IMG/VR virus record: IMGVR_UViG_3300035192_000069
DNA: 52,079 bases
Direction: 5' to 3' (one strand)
From: a virus
The notes under the pieces are model-generated. The model was not told the DNA's origin. It did no database searches and worked only from the letters and a program-made list of their open reading frames with translations. Each line of letters begins with the position of its first letter. Within the stretch, counting starts at the first letter, position 1. Below are positions 25,345 to 35,303 of this stretch, piece by piece. Both the position numbers and the translations under genes were made by a program.

Positions 25345-25356
25345 ATCGTCTTTCTC

Positions 25357-26070
25357 CTAACAAAGCATCGACGCTGGAATCCAAGGTTTACGCCCGTCGA
25401 TGGTAAACGTCGACACGGATGCATATTCACTGTGCCGGATGATTGATTCTTGCTGTCCGTATGTCTTGATCCGATAGGGCAACTCCGGCCAGTCTGGAAT
25501 GACCCAGTTGCCTCGCAATGTGGATTCAAAACATCTCAATGGAATTTGATGGTCCGTCTGAAAATATTGAATCGGCTGCATTGCCAGAATGGCGAGCTCG
25601 GCAGCGCGCCGAGAAAGCGCGTAGGCGCCCAATGTCCTCGGTGCCCTTACCTGCCCGTCCGGATACAATGAGAGGCGACAGCCGGGATGTGAAGAGCCGA
25701 TGAGGTAGTACCAGTCGCAGTCGTCGGGCACCTCGATTTCGGACAGGTCTCCAACGGGTTCGGTGTCGTCCTCGATGATGATGGTCCACTGTTCGTCGGT
25801 GGCGAGGAAGTGCTCCATCGCCCGCAGATGAGAGCAATTGCATCCGTACGTCGTCGGGAACATTTTGAAGTGCCTGGATGACATGTCCATATCCTCGGGG
25901 ATATCTCCCCAGCACGGTCGTCCCTCCTCGTCAAACGTCCCGTCAGACCACTGCATGCCGTCTACTGCAGGGATCCGTATCAGGTCATGAAATGCCGATG
26001 ACACGTGTTCCCATCGGTCCGTAGACCGGTCGAGGTTTATGCATCGAATTTTCATGTCTTGTAAGATCAT
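25357..26070 (-). CDS. Glycosyltransferase family 25-like (LPS-type glycosyltransferase)
   Basis: The N-terminus is MKIRCINLDRSTDRWEHV...IPAVDG and an EDD acidic motif is present. It abuts the fibre gene stop. Confidence 0.6.
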   Translation of the reverse strand: MILQDMKIRCINLDRSTDRWEHVSSAFHDLIRIPAVDGMQWSDGTFDEEGRPCWGDIPEDMDMSSRHFKMFPTTYGCNCSHLRAMEHFLATDEQWTIIIEDDTEPVGDLSEIEVPDDCDWYYLIGSSHPGCRLSLYPDGQVRAPRTLGAYALSRRAAELAILAMQPIQYFQTDHQIPLRCFESTLRGNWVIPDWPELPYRIKTYGQQESIIRHSEYASVSTFTIDGRKPWIPASMLC

Positions 26071-27819
26071 CTAGCTGCTCTTAATCATAGACGTTTGCGA
26101 CGTGAATCCTCTCAGGCGCGCCACATGCGTCAAGACCTCTGAACCGGACAAGTCAGTCACGATCACTCGAACGTTAAATCCAGTATTCCCATTATTGGTC
26201 ATAGTAATCGTGGATGTCCATGTTGCACTGTCTGATTTAATCTCAATCTGATTTGCCGTTTCATAGTCCCATGCCATATATCCAGCATTGTTCCAGCAAA
26301 TTATTCTACGAGAACAAATACTATATCCATTATCGACGTGGTCAGCAGCAAATATAGACGATATCAGTTCTATCTCAAAGATCGCCATAACTCCATCTGG
26401 AAGAAGTATCGATATCCCGCTCCCTCCAAATGTGTCGTGTAAATTAATAGACTCATTTCCTGTGGTTACACCAACCTGAATCAGACCATCAATCCCTTGT
26501 GCAGTTCCATCTACACTATTGTGTCGATCCATTCCCCAGTGTCTAGCACCGGCGGCCATAGTCGTCACATAGCGACCTATCGCCATCGCGTAGTCATGAG
26601 TCACCGTCAAATCTGCTCCAACCGCGCTGGAGTACTGACTCTCTGCATCGATTGTGCTCCCTATGAAGAGGCCACCCGAAGCATCGAGAACAAGATCTTC
26701 ACCAATCGCAACCAATTTATCGCCTAATGAAGAGCCATGACCAGAACCTTGTCCTATAGTTAGGCTATCGCCAACCACAAGACTGTTGTCTGCGTCTACA
26801 GTCGACCCGCTCCCCATGATGAGCGAATCGCTCATGTCGCCATTCAGCGCCAAGCTGGCCCCCATGGCGATTACTCTTTGAGTTGTCGGAACAGCGGTGA
26901 CCGTGTTTCCTCCTACGATACGATCCCAGGATAAGAGCAAGCCTTTGGTGTTGACCTGATCGGCGGCCATAATAGCAATAGTTGGGTCATCTCGAGCTGG
27001 TATAGCAAAATTGTGTGGAGTAGGAGAAACAGCGCCTATGTCAGCAATTATTAGTGTCCTAGATGTCGTATCAGTCCCAATCACAAGAGCGCCTTGCGTC
27101 TGAGTAGAATCATACTCGATTCTGGCATCGCTTGAATTGCCTAAACAAATCTGTAGGTCATCTTTAATAAATATTCCTGCATTAATATTTACCCATCCAT
27201 CAAATTCAGCATTTTCATCTACCTCCAGCTTGCCACCCACGAAAAGACTATTCGCGGTCGCGCCGATCTTGTCTGGACCAGTGCCAATGAGTAGCTGACT
27301 ATTGCTGTTAAAAGTCAAAGCGCTGCTTTGCTCAACCTCGCCGGTGCTGCTTCGATTGCCAAAGAGCACCTGCTCGGCAGCCAGTCCGGCCAGTGCGCTA
27401 TTGTCATAGAGCCAGCTAATAGCCGCCATCAGAGAGACGTTGCCAAAGTCACTCAGAAAATCCAATGCCTCAGAAGCGTCATCGGCGAACCTGGCTTTGA
27501 TGCCGCCGGCGCTCAATAGATCATCGCTGAACTCAAGCTTGCCATCGCTCGTGACGCTGTTTGAAACCGACAGGGTCGCGACATCGAACATTTCATCGAA
27601 ATGCCATGAGAATTGACCATCGAGGATGCGAAATGCCTTTACGCGTGCCGGTTCATCCTTGGCGAGCAGTTTTGTGATATATCCGTTTTGATCCCTGGCG
27701 CACACCATAATGTGCCCAAGATCGGCATCAGCACTGCCATCAAAGCCAATTTGCTTGTTCTGGTACGTCGTTGGCGCGTCCGCGATATGAAAAATCCTTC
27801 GTTCAACTAAGTCGCCCAT
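26071..27819 (-). CDS. Tail fibre protein with YadA-head/hemagglutinin-like repeats
   Basis: It follows the baseplate genes. The centre carries repeats such as SLIMGSGSTVDADNSLVVGDSLTIG...SSAVGADLTV. Confidence 0.6.
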   Translation of the reverse strand: MGDLVERRIFHIADAPTTYQNKQIGFDGSADADLGHIMVCARDQNGYITKLLAKDEPARVKAFRILDGQFSWHFDEMFDVATLSVSNSVTSDGKLEFSDDLLSAGGIKARFADDASEALDFLSDFGNVSLMAAISWLYDNSALAGLAAEQVLFGNRSSTGEVEQSSALTFNSNSQLLIGTGPDKIGATANSLFVGGKLEVDENAEFDGWVNINAGIFIKDDLQICLGNSSDARIEYDSTQTQGALVIGTDTTSRTLIIADIGAVSPTPHNFAIPARDDPTIAIMAADQVNTKGLLLSWDRIVGGNTVTAVPTTQRVIAMGASLALNGDMSDSLIMGSGSTVDADNSLVVGDSLTIGQGSGHGSSLGDKLVAIGEDLVLDASGGLFIGSTIDAESQYSSAVGADLTVTHDYAMAIGRYVTTMAAGARHWGMDRHNSVDGTAQGIDGLIQVGVTTGNESINLHDTFGGSGISILLPDGVMAIFEIELISSIFAADHVDNGYSICSRRIICWNNAGYMAWDYETANQIEIKSDSATWTSTITMTNNGNTGFNVRVIVTDLSGSEVLTHVARLRGFTSQTSMIKSS

Positions 27820-27827
27820 GCATCACC

Positions 27828-28631
27828 TCATGAATAGTCCTGAATCTCCTCGTCCGTGGGCGTGACCACGTCCTGGAATTCAAACTCTGTCGGATACGTC
27901 ACGTCTTGAATGTCGTAGTCCTCGCCGTCCGGATACGAAATCACCCTAAGAATACACCGGGTGTGGACCGGCTTGAGCTTGAAGATAATCCGCATCAGGG
28001 GCCGAAGCTTCGACTCCGGAATGTAGGCATACTCCGGCCAAGTCTCCCCACACACGTACCAGTAGACCGAGTACTCCTCCTCGACATTCGGACACGGATA
28101 GCGCTTGAGCCGGCGCACGTATCCGTCGTAGTCACCGAACTGAACGGAGTTATCGCCCACGAACTCAGTCCCGTCTCCGAACTGGTACAGGTAGTTCTTC
28201 ACAATCTCGTACAAGTCATTGACCAGCACATAGGATGTGTCGATCAGATTGTCCGGAGAGAACGGATTTCGCGCCTCAACCGGGTCGCTCCCGGGCACCC
28301 ACCATTCGTGGACATAGCAGTTGTCACAAATGGACTGGATAGCATCCTGGATGTAGGCGGGGTCTTGCCCGCCGAAAGCCCGCCACTCGAGCTCTAGATT
28401 AGGAGGGGACAAATCGTTTGGACTCCCGAATTGCTCCGACCAGTCGTGGAGATAGCTGGTCTGGAGCGGGAGCATCTCCAGGAAGACACTGGCGATGTGG
28501 TTGCGAGCGTTCAGGGGAAGGATGGACAGGCCGTGGAAGAACTTCTTCAACGTCTTATCCGGAATCAGGTTCCACGCCCTCGACCGAGGGAGAAGCCTGT
28601 CAAACACCCTTACCCAGTCGTTCAGTTCCAT
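27828..28631 (-). CDS. Baseplate/tail protein, Mu gp48-like (DUF2313)
   Basis: The N-terminus is LLPRSRAWNLIPDKTLKKFFHGLS. It sits after the J-like gene. Confidence 0.65.
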   Translation of the reverse strand: MELNDWVRVFDRLLPRSRAWNLIPDKTLKKFFHGLSILPLNARNHIASVFLEMLPLQTSYLHDWSEQFGSPNDLSPPNLELEWRAFGGQDPAYIQDAIQSICDNCYVHEWWVPGSDPVEARNPFSPDNLIDTSYVLVNDLYEIVKNYLYQFGDGTEFVGDNSVQFGDYDGYVRRLKRYPCPNVEEEYSVYWYVCGETWPEYAYIPESKLRPLMRIIFKLKPVHTRCILRVISYPDGEDYDIQDVTYPTEFEFQDVVTPTDEEIQDYS

Positions 28632-29821
28632 GTCAGTGTCCCAAGCTTCGCCTTCTCGCCTTCCTGAAGTGGATAGACTTCCACGTCGACTCCGCCCGTA
28701 CTGATTGAGATACTGCCGATGGATCCATTGTATCCTGCGGCTATCCGGCTCACGATGCCGCCGACTTCCATCTGTGACACAACATCCTTCTTCGGTGGGA
28801 GTACTGTGTAGCCTACTTGTCCGCTCGGCTCGCGGTCGTAGAAAAACTCAGTGAGACCGTTTTGGATGGCGGTTTTGGCGGCCTCGGTTATCTCGGGGCT
28901 ACCGGTGGTGATTTGGGAGATCGTCACATCAAATGCGGTTCGGGTGATCCCAAAGACGCGCACCTCTGCATTGATGTTACGACGGTTTGAAAGGCCGCCT
29001 CCGTCTCCTTCGATATGATCCTTTACATCGTTAGCGAGTTCAGCAGGCAAAGGTTCCCCGTCCGGTGTATCGTCGCTTTCGATAAAAACGAAAACTTGAC
29101 CGGCTCGGCTGTTTGGTATACCTGGGTGTTCCCAGGCCGCATAAGGGTATGCATTTCTGACCCCTGTGACTTCTTCAGCCCAGTTCTTGTAATCCGCCAT
29201 GGCCCCACCCTGTGGTCGAGCCAACCAACGCTCGAGAACGCGCTCACGGTAAGCCTCGGTTGTCTCCGGGTCTACACCTGCTATTCCATCAGTAGAAACC
29301 GTCACTTCCTTTTCCACGGCATCCGGAGGGCTCACGAAGTAAAGCTCGGTGCCCAGGTCAACATTCCCGAGCACCCCAGGCCGTGTCGCCCGTATCGTCG
29401 CGTAAACCGTCGGTGCGTTGAGGGTCACGTTCCCAACGACCACATAAATCATCTGGGTATCCGGGTTGGCGATACGCTCCCCGCTCACGATGGTCCCACC
29501 CTGGGTTAGCACGGTGATCTCCACCGTCCGCTCGGCCCGCTGCCCGGTCTTCTGGTAGATCCCAACCAGCTCCCCGTGGGCCTGGAGGGGGTTGATGGTC
29601 TTCCCGTTGAAGTTCACTGGCTTGTTGCTCGCCGTCTTCACGAACATCTGGAGCAGGTTCCATCCGGCGAACTCGTACAGGAGGACAAATACACCACCCA
29701 AGGCTTTCGCGAGCACACGACAAAAGCTCTTGGGGAGCAGTGGGATAGTGGTGTTCAAACTCGTTGCCATCTGGGCGATGATTTCATCAGCGATTTCGTT
29801 TGCCTTTTTTTGGGAAATCAT
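28622..29821 (-). CDS. Baseplate J-like protein (Mu gp47-like)
   Basis: 399 aa with the typical J-family layout, positioned between the gp46-like and gp48-like genes. Confidence 0.7.
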   Translation of the reverse strand: MISQKKANEIADEIIAQMATSLNTTIPLLPKSFCRVLAKALGGVFVLLYEFAGWNLLQMFVKTASNKPVNFNGKTINPLQAHGELVGIYQKTGQRAERTVEITVLTQGGTIVSGERIANPDTQMIYVVVGNVTLNAPTVYATIRATRPGVLGNVDLGTELYFVSPPDAVEKEVTVSTDGIAGVDPETTEAYRERVLERWLARPQGGAMADYKNWAEEVTGVRNAYPYAAWEHPGIPNSRAGQVFVFIESDDTPDGEPLPAELANDVKDHIEGDGGGLSNRRNINAEVRVFGITRTAFDVTISQITTGSPEITEAAKTAIQNGLTEFFYDREPSGQVGYTVLPPKKDVVSQMEVGGIVSRIAAGYNGSIGSISISTGGVDVEVYPLQEGEKAKLGTLTWN

Positions 29822-30309
29822 AGTTCAACTCCTACGTTGATGGTGTACGGGGTGCCCCACTTCGCCATGACATCGGCTCGCAGGTTTACCCTCTTGGGGG
29901 ACGGCGCCGTTGCCGATACGGATACGGATGCGAGCACCTCTTTCGGCATACCATCCTTGATGTCATCGGTCGCGGCCTTCTCTATCTGGGGCAGTAGAGC
30001 ACTCGTGACGGGCCTGCCATCCAAGAGCGATTGGAGTTTCCCACGATACTGACGCTCCTTGGGCTCCCCCTCGTTCCCCCACCACTGCTTGTGCGCCGTG
30101 GCCTGGCTGCCGTCGTCGTCCTCGTTGCCACCGAACCAGCAATGATAGACAGCCGTCTCGATGAACTTGGTCATCACGATAAAGCTGCTGACTATGGGTT
30201 CACTGCCAGACAAATAGGAGCGCCTCTCCTCCTTGATATCCCCGCCGCTTGGCCCGTCGAAGTGATAGACATCGCCTTGTTGAATTGCATTGGTGCCGTA
30301 GTCTACCAT
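29818..30309 (-). CDS. Baseplate protein, Mu gp46 / gpW-like
   Basis: 163 aa with WWGNE and SLLDGRPVT motifs; ATGA coupling. Confidence 0.6.
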   Translation of the reverse strand: MVDYGTNAIQQGDVYHFDGPSGGDIKEERRSYLSGSEPIVSSFIVMTKFIETAVYHCWFGGNEDDDGSQATAHKQWWGNEGEPKERQYRGKLQSLLDGRPVTSALLPQIEKAATDDIKDGMPKEVLASVSVSATAPSPKRVNLRADVMAKWGTPYTINVGVEL

Positions 30310-30686
30310 TACACTGCCTTCACCTTCGTTTGACCTGAATCAATCACCTCGACTGGTCCTGATACAGATCCCGTGCCACCGCCAGAGAGTGTTCCTGATG
30401 CGCTCATGGTGCCTGAATCGCCAAGTCTGATAACGAGTGCTCCGCCGGCTTTCACTTTTTTGGCAGTCGCATTGATAACGCCACCGCCAGCTATTGTCCC
30501 ATCGACAAATCCCGGAGAGCTGCCGCCACTGAAGGTGTACCCCAGTGGGGTGACAAAGATCCCTTCCCCTTGGGCCTTGGCCTTAGCGTCTGGCGTACTG
30601 GTGATGATGAATTCTCCATTGGATATTGGTGAACTACTGCCATGTCCAATGGTGCCGTTCGCATTCATGATCAGTTCCAAGCTCAT
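30309..30686 (-). CDS. Gly-rich small baseplate protein (possible PAAR-like spike tip)
   Basis: It lies between the spike and gp46-like genes. The beta-rich repeats are KAKAQGEGIFV and KKVKAGGALVIRLGD. Confidence 0.35.
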   Translation of the reverse strand: MSLELIMNANGTIGHGSSSPISNGEFIITSTPDAKAKAQGEGIFVTPLGYTFSGGSSPGFVDGTIAGGGVINATAKKVKAGGALVIRLGDSGTMSASGTLSGGGTGSVSGPVEVIDSGQTKVKAV

Positions 30687-31060
30687 GGGTCCACCGTGAA
30701 ATGGCCGTTTACATCAAACTGCCCATTTGCTTTGAGTCCGAATACGCCATTGTCGTTTTCGGCTACGATGTCACCATCCGGATACAACCAAATCTTTGCC
30801 ACGATCTCTCCCAATTCGTTGCGGGCGAAGATGACCCCCTCCCCGCGCTCCGTGGACGCATCTCCATGGAGAACCGCCGAAACGACCACCTCTTGGCCGG
30901 CCCTATGGCAAAGGACAGAATCCCCGGGCATCGGGTAGAACTCCGCTCCGGAGGCGGCCATCACCCGGGCCGTCACCGCCTGCCCGGTCCCCGTCTCAAC
31001 GACAGCCGTGATCTGCCCATCTTCGATGGAGACCTCTTTGATGTGCCCGATCATTGCCAT
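30683..31060 (-). CDS. Baseplate spike / assembly protein V (Mu gp45-like)
   Basis: MAMIGHIKEVSIEDGQITAVVETGTGQ...PMPGDSVLC, an OB-fold pattern. Confidence 0.65.
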   Translation of the reverse strand: MAMIGHIKEVSIEDGQITAVVETGTGQAVTARVMAASGAEFYPMPGDSVLCHRAGQEVVVSAVLHGDASTERGEGVIFARNELGEIVAKIWLYPDGDIVAENDNGVFGLKANGQFDVNGHFTVDP

Positions 31061-32259
31061 GGCAACCGCTCCGGTATCTGCCCGCTGTACACGCCGGGAA
31101 GGACAAGGTTGAGGGATGCCGAGTGGACGCCGGCGCTACGCTTAAGGGTGACCATCGCGACCAAGAACTCAAACGGCTCTAGGATGAAATCCTCTTCGCT
31201 CTTGAGCGAAACGAGCTGCCCCGGTTGGTACGTTTGCCCGAGGTCATTCTGCCACGTCGCGACCTCGGCGTTACAGGACACCAACTCGGCAAACATGCGT
31301 CCGGCAACGGAGTTTGTCGCTTTCTCCAGCTCCCCTTTGTCGATGTCTTCGGCGTCGAAGGAGTATGCCCTAACAACGTCGGTGGCATGGGGGTTTTTGA
31401 CGGTGAACTTAGCACCTAGCGCCCACTTTCGGCTCTTCGCGGGCACGATACCGGTCACCGAGGAGTAGTACTTTGACTCGTCGAAAGAGACCGTCATCGC
31501 ATAGGTTGGGGGTCTCCATTTTTCCAGAAACGATACCACCTCGCCGCTACCTTCCCCCCTGTGGAGGAGGAGCTCGCCGAAAGCGCTGTCCGAGATGACA
31601 AGCCCCCTCTGGCTGGCAAGCCCGGAGAGGAATGGGAGAATGCCTTGTCCCGGCTCAATATCGACCCGTTTGAACCGTGCCGATGTCGGCGTGTCGAAGC
31701 GAACTGAAATGCCGTGCTCTCCGCAGAGGTCTTCTGTGATCTGCTCGAGCAAAGCATCCTTCCACTCGAGGGGGAACTTCTCAATAGAGGGCGTGCAGAG
31801 CTCGAGAACCCCCGGGTTCGAATAGCACGATATGTCCAGAATCTTGGTCGATGGATCGTTGTTCAGCCGCGGTGACTCACACCGACCGGTGAAGAGTCGC
31901 TCTCCGAGGTGGTCAACGGTGATCCGTTGGCTGCCGAGGGGCATGAAAATCTCCCGGGTCTCCGGTTCGTTCGGGACGGAGAATGCGCATTTTGATATCG
32001 CGTCAATCGCAAGGGCGAGCTCGAAGTTGTCGAAGGTTCCAATCCTAGTCCCCTCTACACGGATATCGAGCGCTTCGTCACTTACAACCTCGGAAGGTCC
32101 CCGCGCCATAGGGACTTGAATCACCGTGCCGGCGGCAATCGGCTCCTGGACGGATGGGTTGGCGCGCTTGATGGCGGCTGCATCGGTGTCATTGCCGGTG
32201 GTTTGCCTGGCAACCAGGTCCCATGACTCCCCGCCTCGGGCTTTATACGTGCCAGACAA
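31051..32259 (-). CDS. Baseplate hub protein (gpD / Mu gp44-like) with an N-terminal LysM domain
   Basis: The LysM-like N-terminus is YKARGGESWDLVARQTTGNDTDAAAIKRANP...GTVIQVP. It is followed by a ~350-aa D-like body. Confidence 0.65.
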   Translation of the reverse strand: MSGTYKARGGESWDLVARQTTGNDTDAAAIKRANPSVQEPIAAGTVIQVPMARGPSEVVSDEALDIRVEGTRIGTFDNFELALAIDAISKCAFSVPNEPETREIFMPLGSQRITVDHLGERLFTGRCESPRLNNDPSTKILDISCYSNPGVLELCTPSIEKFPLEWKDALLEQITEDLCGEHGISVRFDTPTSARFKRVDIEPGQGILPFLSGLASQRGLVISDSAFGELLLHRGEGSGEVVSFLEKWRPPTYAMTVSFDESKYYSSVTGIVPAKSRKWALGAKFTVKNPHATDVVRAYSFDAEDIDKGELEKATNSVAGRMFAELVSCNAEVATWQNDLGQTYQPGQLVSLKSEEDFILEPFEFLVAMVTLKRSAGVHSASLNLVLPGVYSGQIPERLPWQ

Positions 32260-33493
32260 TCTCGCGTCCTTTTGGTATTAGAAAAAACTCGTCTCCGACC
32301 AACTCGTTCATGCTGGTAAAATGATCGAGCACGTCGAACGCAGTGGTCCCGTAGAGCTCGTAGCAAAGGTCCAGTGGTGTCCGGTCCGATGCGATCGGTT
32401 CCCGCATCTCCGTCTTTGCCTCGAATGACCGTGAGATGAGACTGGATGCAACCGAGGAGAGAAGCCGGTTCAACTCGGCAAGCCCGCCCCCAGTGTCGGT
32501 GTTCGCCTCGGATATGGTGGAGACCTCCAGGCTCTCGAAGTTGTTATCATGCCAGGCTTGATAATCCTCGCGCAACGCCAGGAGCTTCTCTGCGGCGTTG
32601 ATGTAGTCAGCCTTTGTCAGATACTCGGTTGACTCATCGAGCAGCATCGCCGTGTTGCCGAGGTAGCTCTGAGCCATCATCTTGTCCAGATGGAAGAGAT
32701 TTATCGCCTCTTTCGCGTACTTGCTCGGCTCGGCGAGGGTGCCTGTGAAGATGTCTTGGGCGAGATTCTGATAGGCCAACGCTTTGGAATTGGTCAAGCT
32801 GGCCTGTCGACGGGGTTCACCAATGAGGAGTTGGGTCTGCCTCGCCAGCGCGAGGGGCTCCCCGAGGAGGGTGTCCATGCCTCGGTTGATGGAGTCACCG
32901 GTATCCTCGATGGCCTCGTTGACCCTGGCCACGGCACCGCTGGCCTTCTTGATTGCGTCAGACATCTTCTTGAGGGCGCTTTTCAGCTTGTTCCGGAAGG
33001 ATGCCTTGTCAACTGGGTCGGTTAGCTGGACGTTATTGGAGAAATCCATCGCTGACACTTCCATGAGTGAATCGAATACCTGAGTGTTGCCCCCGGTCTC
33101 CCCGATCTGCAGCCCCACGGTCTCGTAGAACTCCACATCGTAGACGACCTGCCCGGCCCCGCTCTTCAATGGGTCGAGTCGCGTTATCTGACCAGCAGGA
33201 ACAACCATGATGTCCCCGAAGACCGGGTGTGTCAGTACGCCCTCTCCGTCCTCAAGAATGGCCGACAGGAAGGTTTCTGCCAATGCCTCGTAGCTGAATC
33301 CAGAGAAGTAGCATCTCATTGGGAATCGGCCCGAGGTGTGGCCGTTGCTCTGGACGTAGGTTCCATTTCCAACTGCGGATTCGAAGACGGCGGTCTTCTT
33401 GTCCACCAAGGATTCGATGTCCTCGTAGTCAAACGTGACTACCTGGCCGCTGGGGCTCTTGTAGGAACCCTGCTGGAGGTCATCAAGACTCAC
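32243..33493 (-). CDS. DNA circulation protein-like tail/baseplate protein (Mu gp43-like)
   Basis: The N-terminus is LQQGSYKSPSGQVVTFDYEDIES...GRFPMRCYFSG. It sits after the tape measure gene. Confidence 0.65.
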   Translation of the reverse strand: MSLDDLQQGSYKSPSGQVVTFDYEDIESLVDKKTAVFESAVGNGTYVQSNGHTSGRFPMRCYFSGFSYEALAETFLSAILEDGEGVLTHPVFGDIMVVPAGQITRLDPLKSGAGQVVYDVEFYETVGLQIGETGGNTQVFDSLMEVSAMDFSNNVQLTDPVDKASFRNKLKSALKKMSDAIKKASGAVARVNEAIEDTGDSINRGMDTLLGEPLALARQTQLLIGEPRRQASLTNSKALAYQNLAQDIFTGTLAEPSKYAKEAINLFHLDKMMAQSYLGNTAMLLDESTEYLTKADYINAAEKLLALREDYQAWHDNNFESLEVSTISEANTDTGGGLAELNRLLSSVASSLISRSFEAKTEMREPIASDRTPLDLCYELYGTTAFDVLDHFTSMNELVGDEFFLIPKGREIVWHV

Positions 33494-35115
33494 GGCATGC
33501 CCCCGGTGTGAACGAGCTTCAGACGGCCGCTGGAACCCTTGGTGACGGTGGCGCGTTTCCCGGTTGTTTCATCCTTAATTGTGATTTCGACCTCTTCTTT
33601 GGTTGTAGATGTTCCCTGGTGAGTCACGATATTCCATTCATCAGATACCGGATCTCCTCCAGAGTAATGTGCAATATTGCGCGCCTGTAGTAATCTTGCC
33701 CTGTCCGACCTGAGGTTTCTTAAGGTGGCTTCAGCGGGATCCAATATGTCAGTCGATCCCCCGTACATGGATGCCATGCCGGATATGTAGCTTCTGTTTC
33801 TTCGTCGACCCTGGAGAGCTTTCTCCTCTTCTGCGATGAGTTTGTTCACCCTAGTCAGATCACCCTCGAGCACCGCTTCGTTGCGCTTCGCCAGATCACC
33901 ACTCATGGTATGCTCATGCTCGGCACGGAGCATTCTAGCCTGATGGCGGGCCTTCATGAATGGCTCTACAAGCTTTTCGTGCAGGATGGTTCCTATAGCC
34001 CATCCAGCAACAAACGCGCCAAGCCCAATTAATGCAGTCTGAAAAATGCCGACGGCTGCTGTTGATGCACCGATTTTCATCGGCAGGGTCTTACCCATGA
34101 ATGCGCCAACCGCCTTGAGCGGACCAAGGTTGATATTGGCAAGCGTATTGAATAGTGTCATCGCCGTATTGGCAACTTTAACGGCCATGGATATCCCATA
34201 AAATATTCCAATAGCGATACCTATCTTTTTTGCATAATCGACGATTTTAGAAAAATTATTTACTATCCACTCCAGGTAATGCTTGAATTTTGAGGCGATG
34301 ATTTTTCTGTTCTCAACCATCCATGCCCTCGTGTGATCCGCGACATCTGTAATGATAGGCATGAGAGGTGTAAGTCCATCAACCATAAAGCCGACAACAG
34401 TCTTCTTAACGCGGTTCATCATGTCGTTGTAGGCTTCTGCTTTCTCAGCCTGCTCGGCTGTCACAATCCCGTTTTCACGCATCTGCTTTCGTAGCTTTTC
34501 GATCTCATCGGCACCCAGATTGGCCATATTGATCATGTCAACGCCGGCACGCCCAAATGTGGCCGCAGCCAAGGACGCTTTTTTTGTTGGATCCTCCACC
34601 TTTCTGATGGAGTCAACCATGATCTCGAAAGCCTCGGATGTATCCTTGGTCCCTCGTATTTGCCTCAAAAGCCCACGGTCGTTCTTGCGGAGAATAGTGT
34701 AGAGACTTCCGGTGCCGTTCTTGGCATCGCCAATAACCCTAGCGAACTTCTGCATTGACTTTTCAAATACCTCTGTCTGGACTCCAGATTGCTCCGCGAC
34801 GAACCTGTATTCCTGGAACTTCTCTATTGGAAAATCAATAGTCCTTGCTCTTTTTGCAAGGGCGTCCATTGATTCGGCAGTTCTGTTTATTGCCAGGAAC
34901 AACCCTGTCGTCACTGTGGCCGCAGAAGCAAACCCATACTTTAGGCCACGTGTAACAGTCTGGGTGAGCCTTGATGTGACCCTATTAAGACGACGCATAG
35001 CCCTTGAGCCAATAGCCGTAAACTTGATGAGCCTACTTTGGATCTTTCCGATGGCACGAGTCGATCTATCAACCGCTCGAAACGTAGTCTTGATGTTAAA
35101 ATTCTGTGGCATCAC
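33490..35115 (-). CDS. Tail tape measure protein
   Basis: 541 aa, helical, with a central hydrophobic block; lies downstream of the chaperone pair. Confidence 0.8.
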   Translation of the reverse strand: MMPQNFNIKTTFRAVDRSTRAIGKIQSRLIKFTAIGSRAMRRLNRVTSRLTQTVTRGLKYGFASAATVTTGLFLAINRTAESMDALAKRARTIDFPIEKFQEYRFVAEQSGVQTEVFEKSMQKFARVIGDAKNGTGSLYTILRKNDRGLLRQIRGTKDTSEAFEIMVDSIRKVEDPTKKASLAAATFGRAGVDMINMANLGADEIEKLRKQMRENGIVTAEQAEKAEAYNDMMNRVKKTVVGFMVDGLTPLMPIITDVADHTRAWMVENRKIIASKFKHYLEWIVNNFSKIVDYAKKIGIAIGIFYGISMAVKVANTAMTLFNTLANINLGPLKAVGAFMGKTLPMKIGASTAAVGIFQTALIGLGAFVAGWAIGTILHEKLVEPFMKARHQARMLRAEHEHTMSGDLAKRNEAVLEGDLTRVNKLIAEEEKALQGRRRNRSYISGMASMYGGSTDILDPAEATLRNLRSDRARLLQARNIAHYSGGDPVSDEWNIVTHQGTSTTKEEVEITIKDETTGKRATVTKGSSGRLKLVHTGGMP

Positions 35116-35303
35116 TTCCTCGGCTTCGTATCCTCGATCAGCTGAGCGCGGATCCCATCATAGAAGAATTCAATTTCATCCAGGTCCAATGTTCTTGGGT
35201 CCGGAAGACCAGGATAGCTCATGCAGATTTGGAGGAACATCTCGGTTACGACGTTCGCTCGCGTGTGCCTTGGAGTCCCATCTCTGCCTGGCGCCAATAT
35301 CAC
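35112..35303 (-). CDS. Tail assembly chaperone extension (gpE'-like); made by frameshift or by independent GTG initiation
   Basis: AGGAGAGGA lies 6 nt before GTG 35303. The frame stays open upstream to 35372, overlapping the end of ORF1 in the +1 frame. Confidence 0.5.
   Translation of the reverse strand: MILAPGRDGTPRHTRANVVTEMFLQICMSYPGLPDPRTLDLDEIEFFYDGIRAQLIEDTKPRK

Noticed and set aside
23357-27819. Diversity-generating retroelement or invertible fibre segment
   Set aside because: I found no reverse transcriptase, no invertase and no TR/VR-like near-repeat pair or flanking inverted repeats by eye. A computational repeat search would be needed to exclude this fully.
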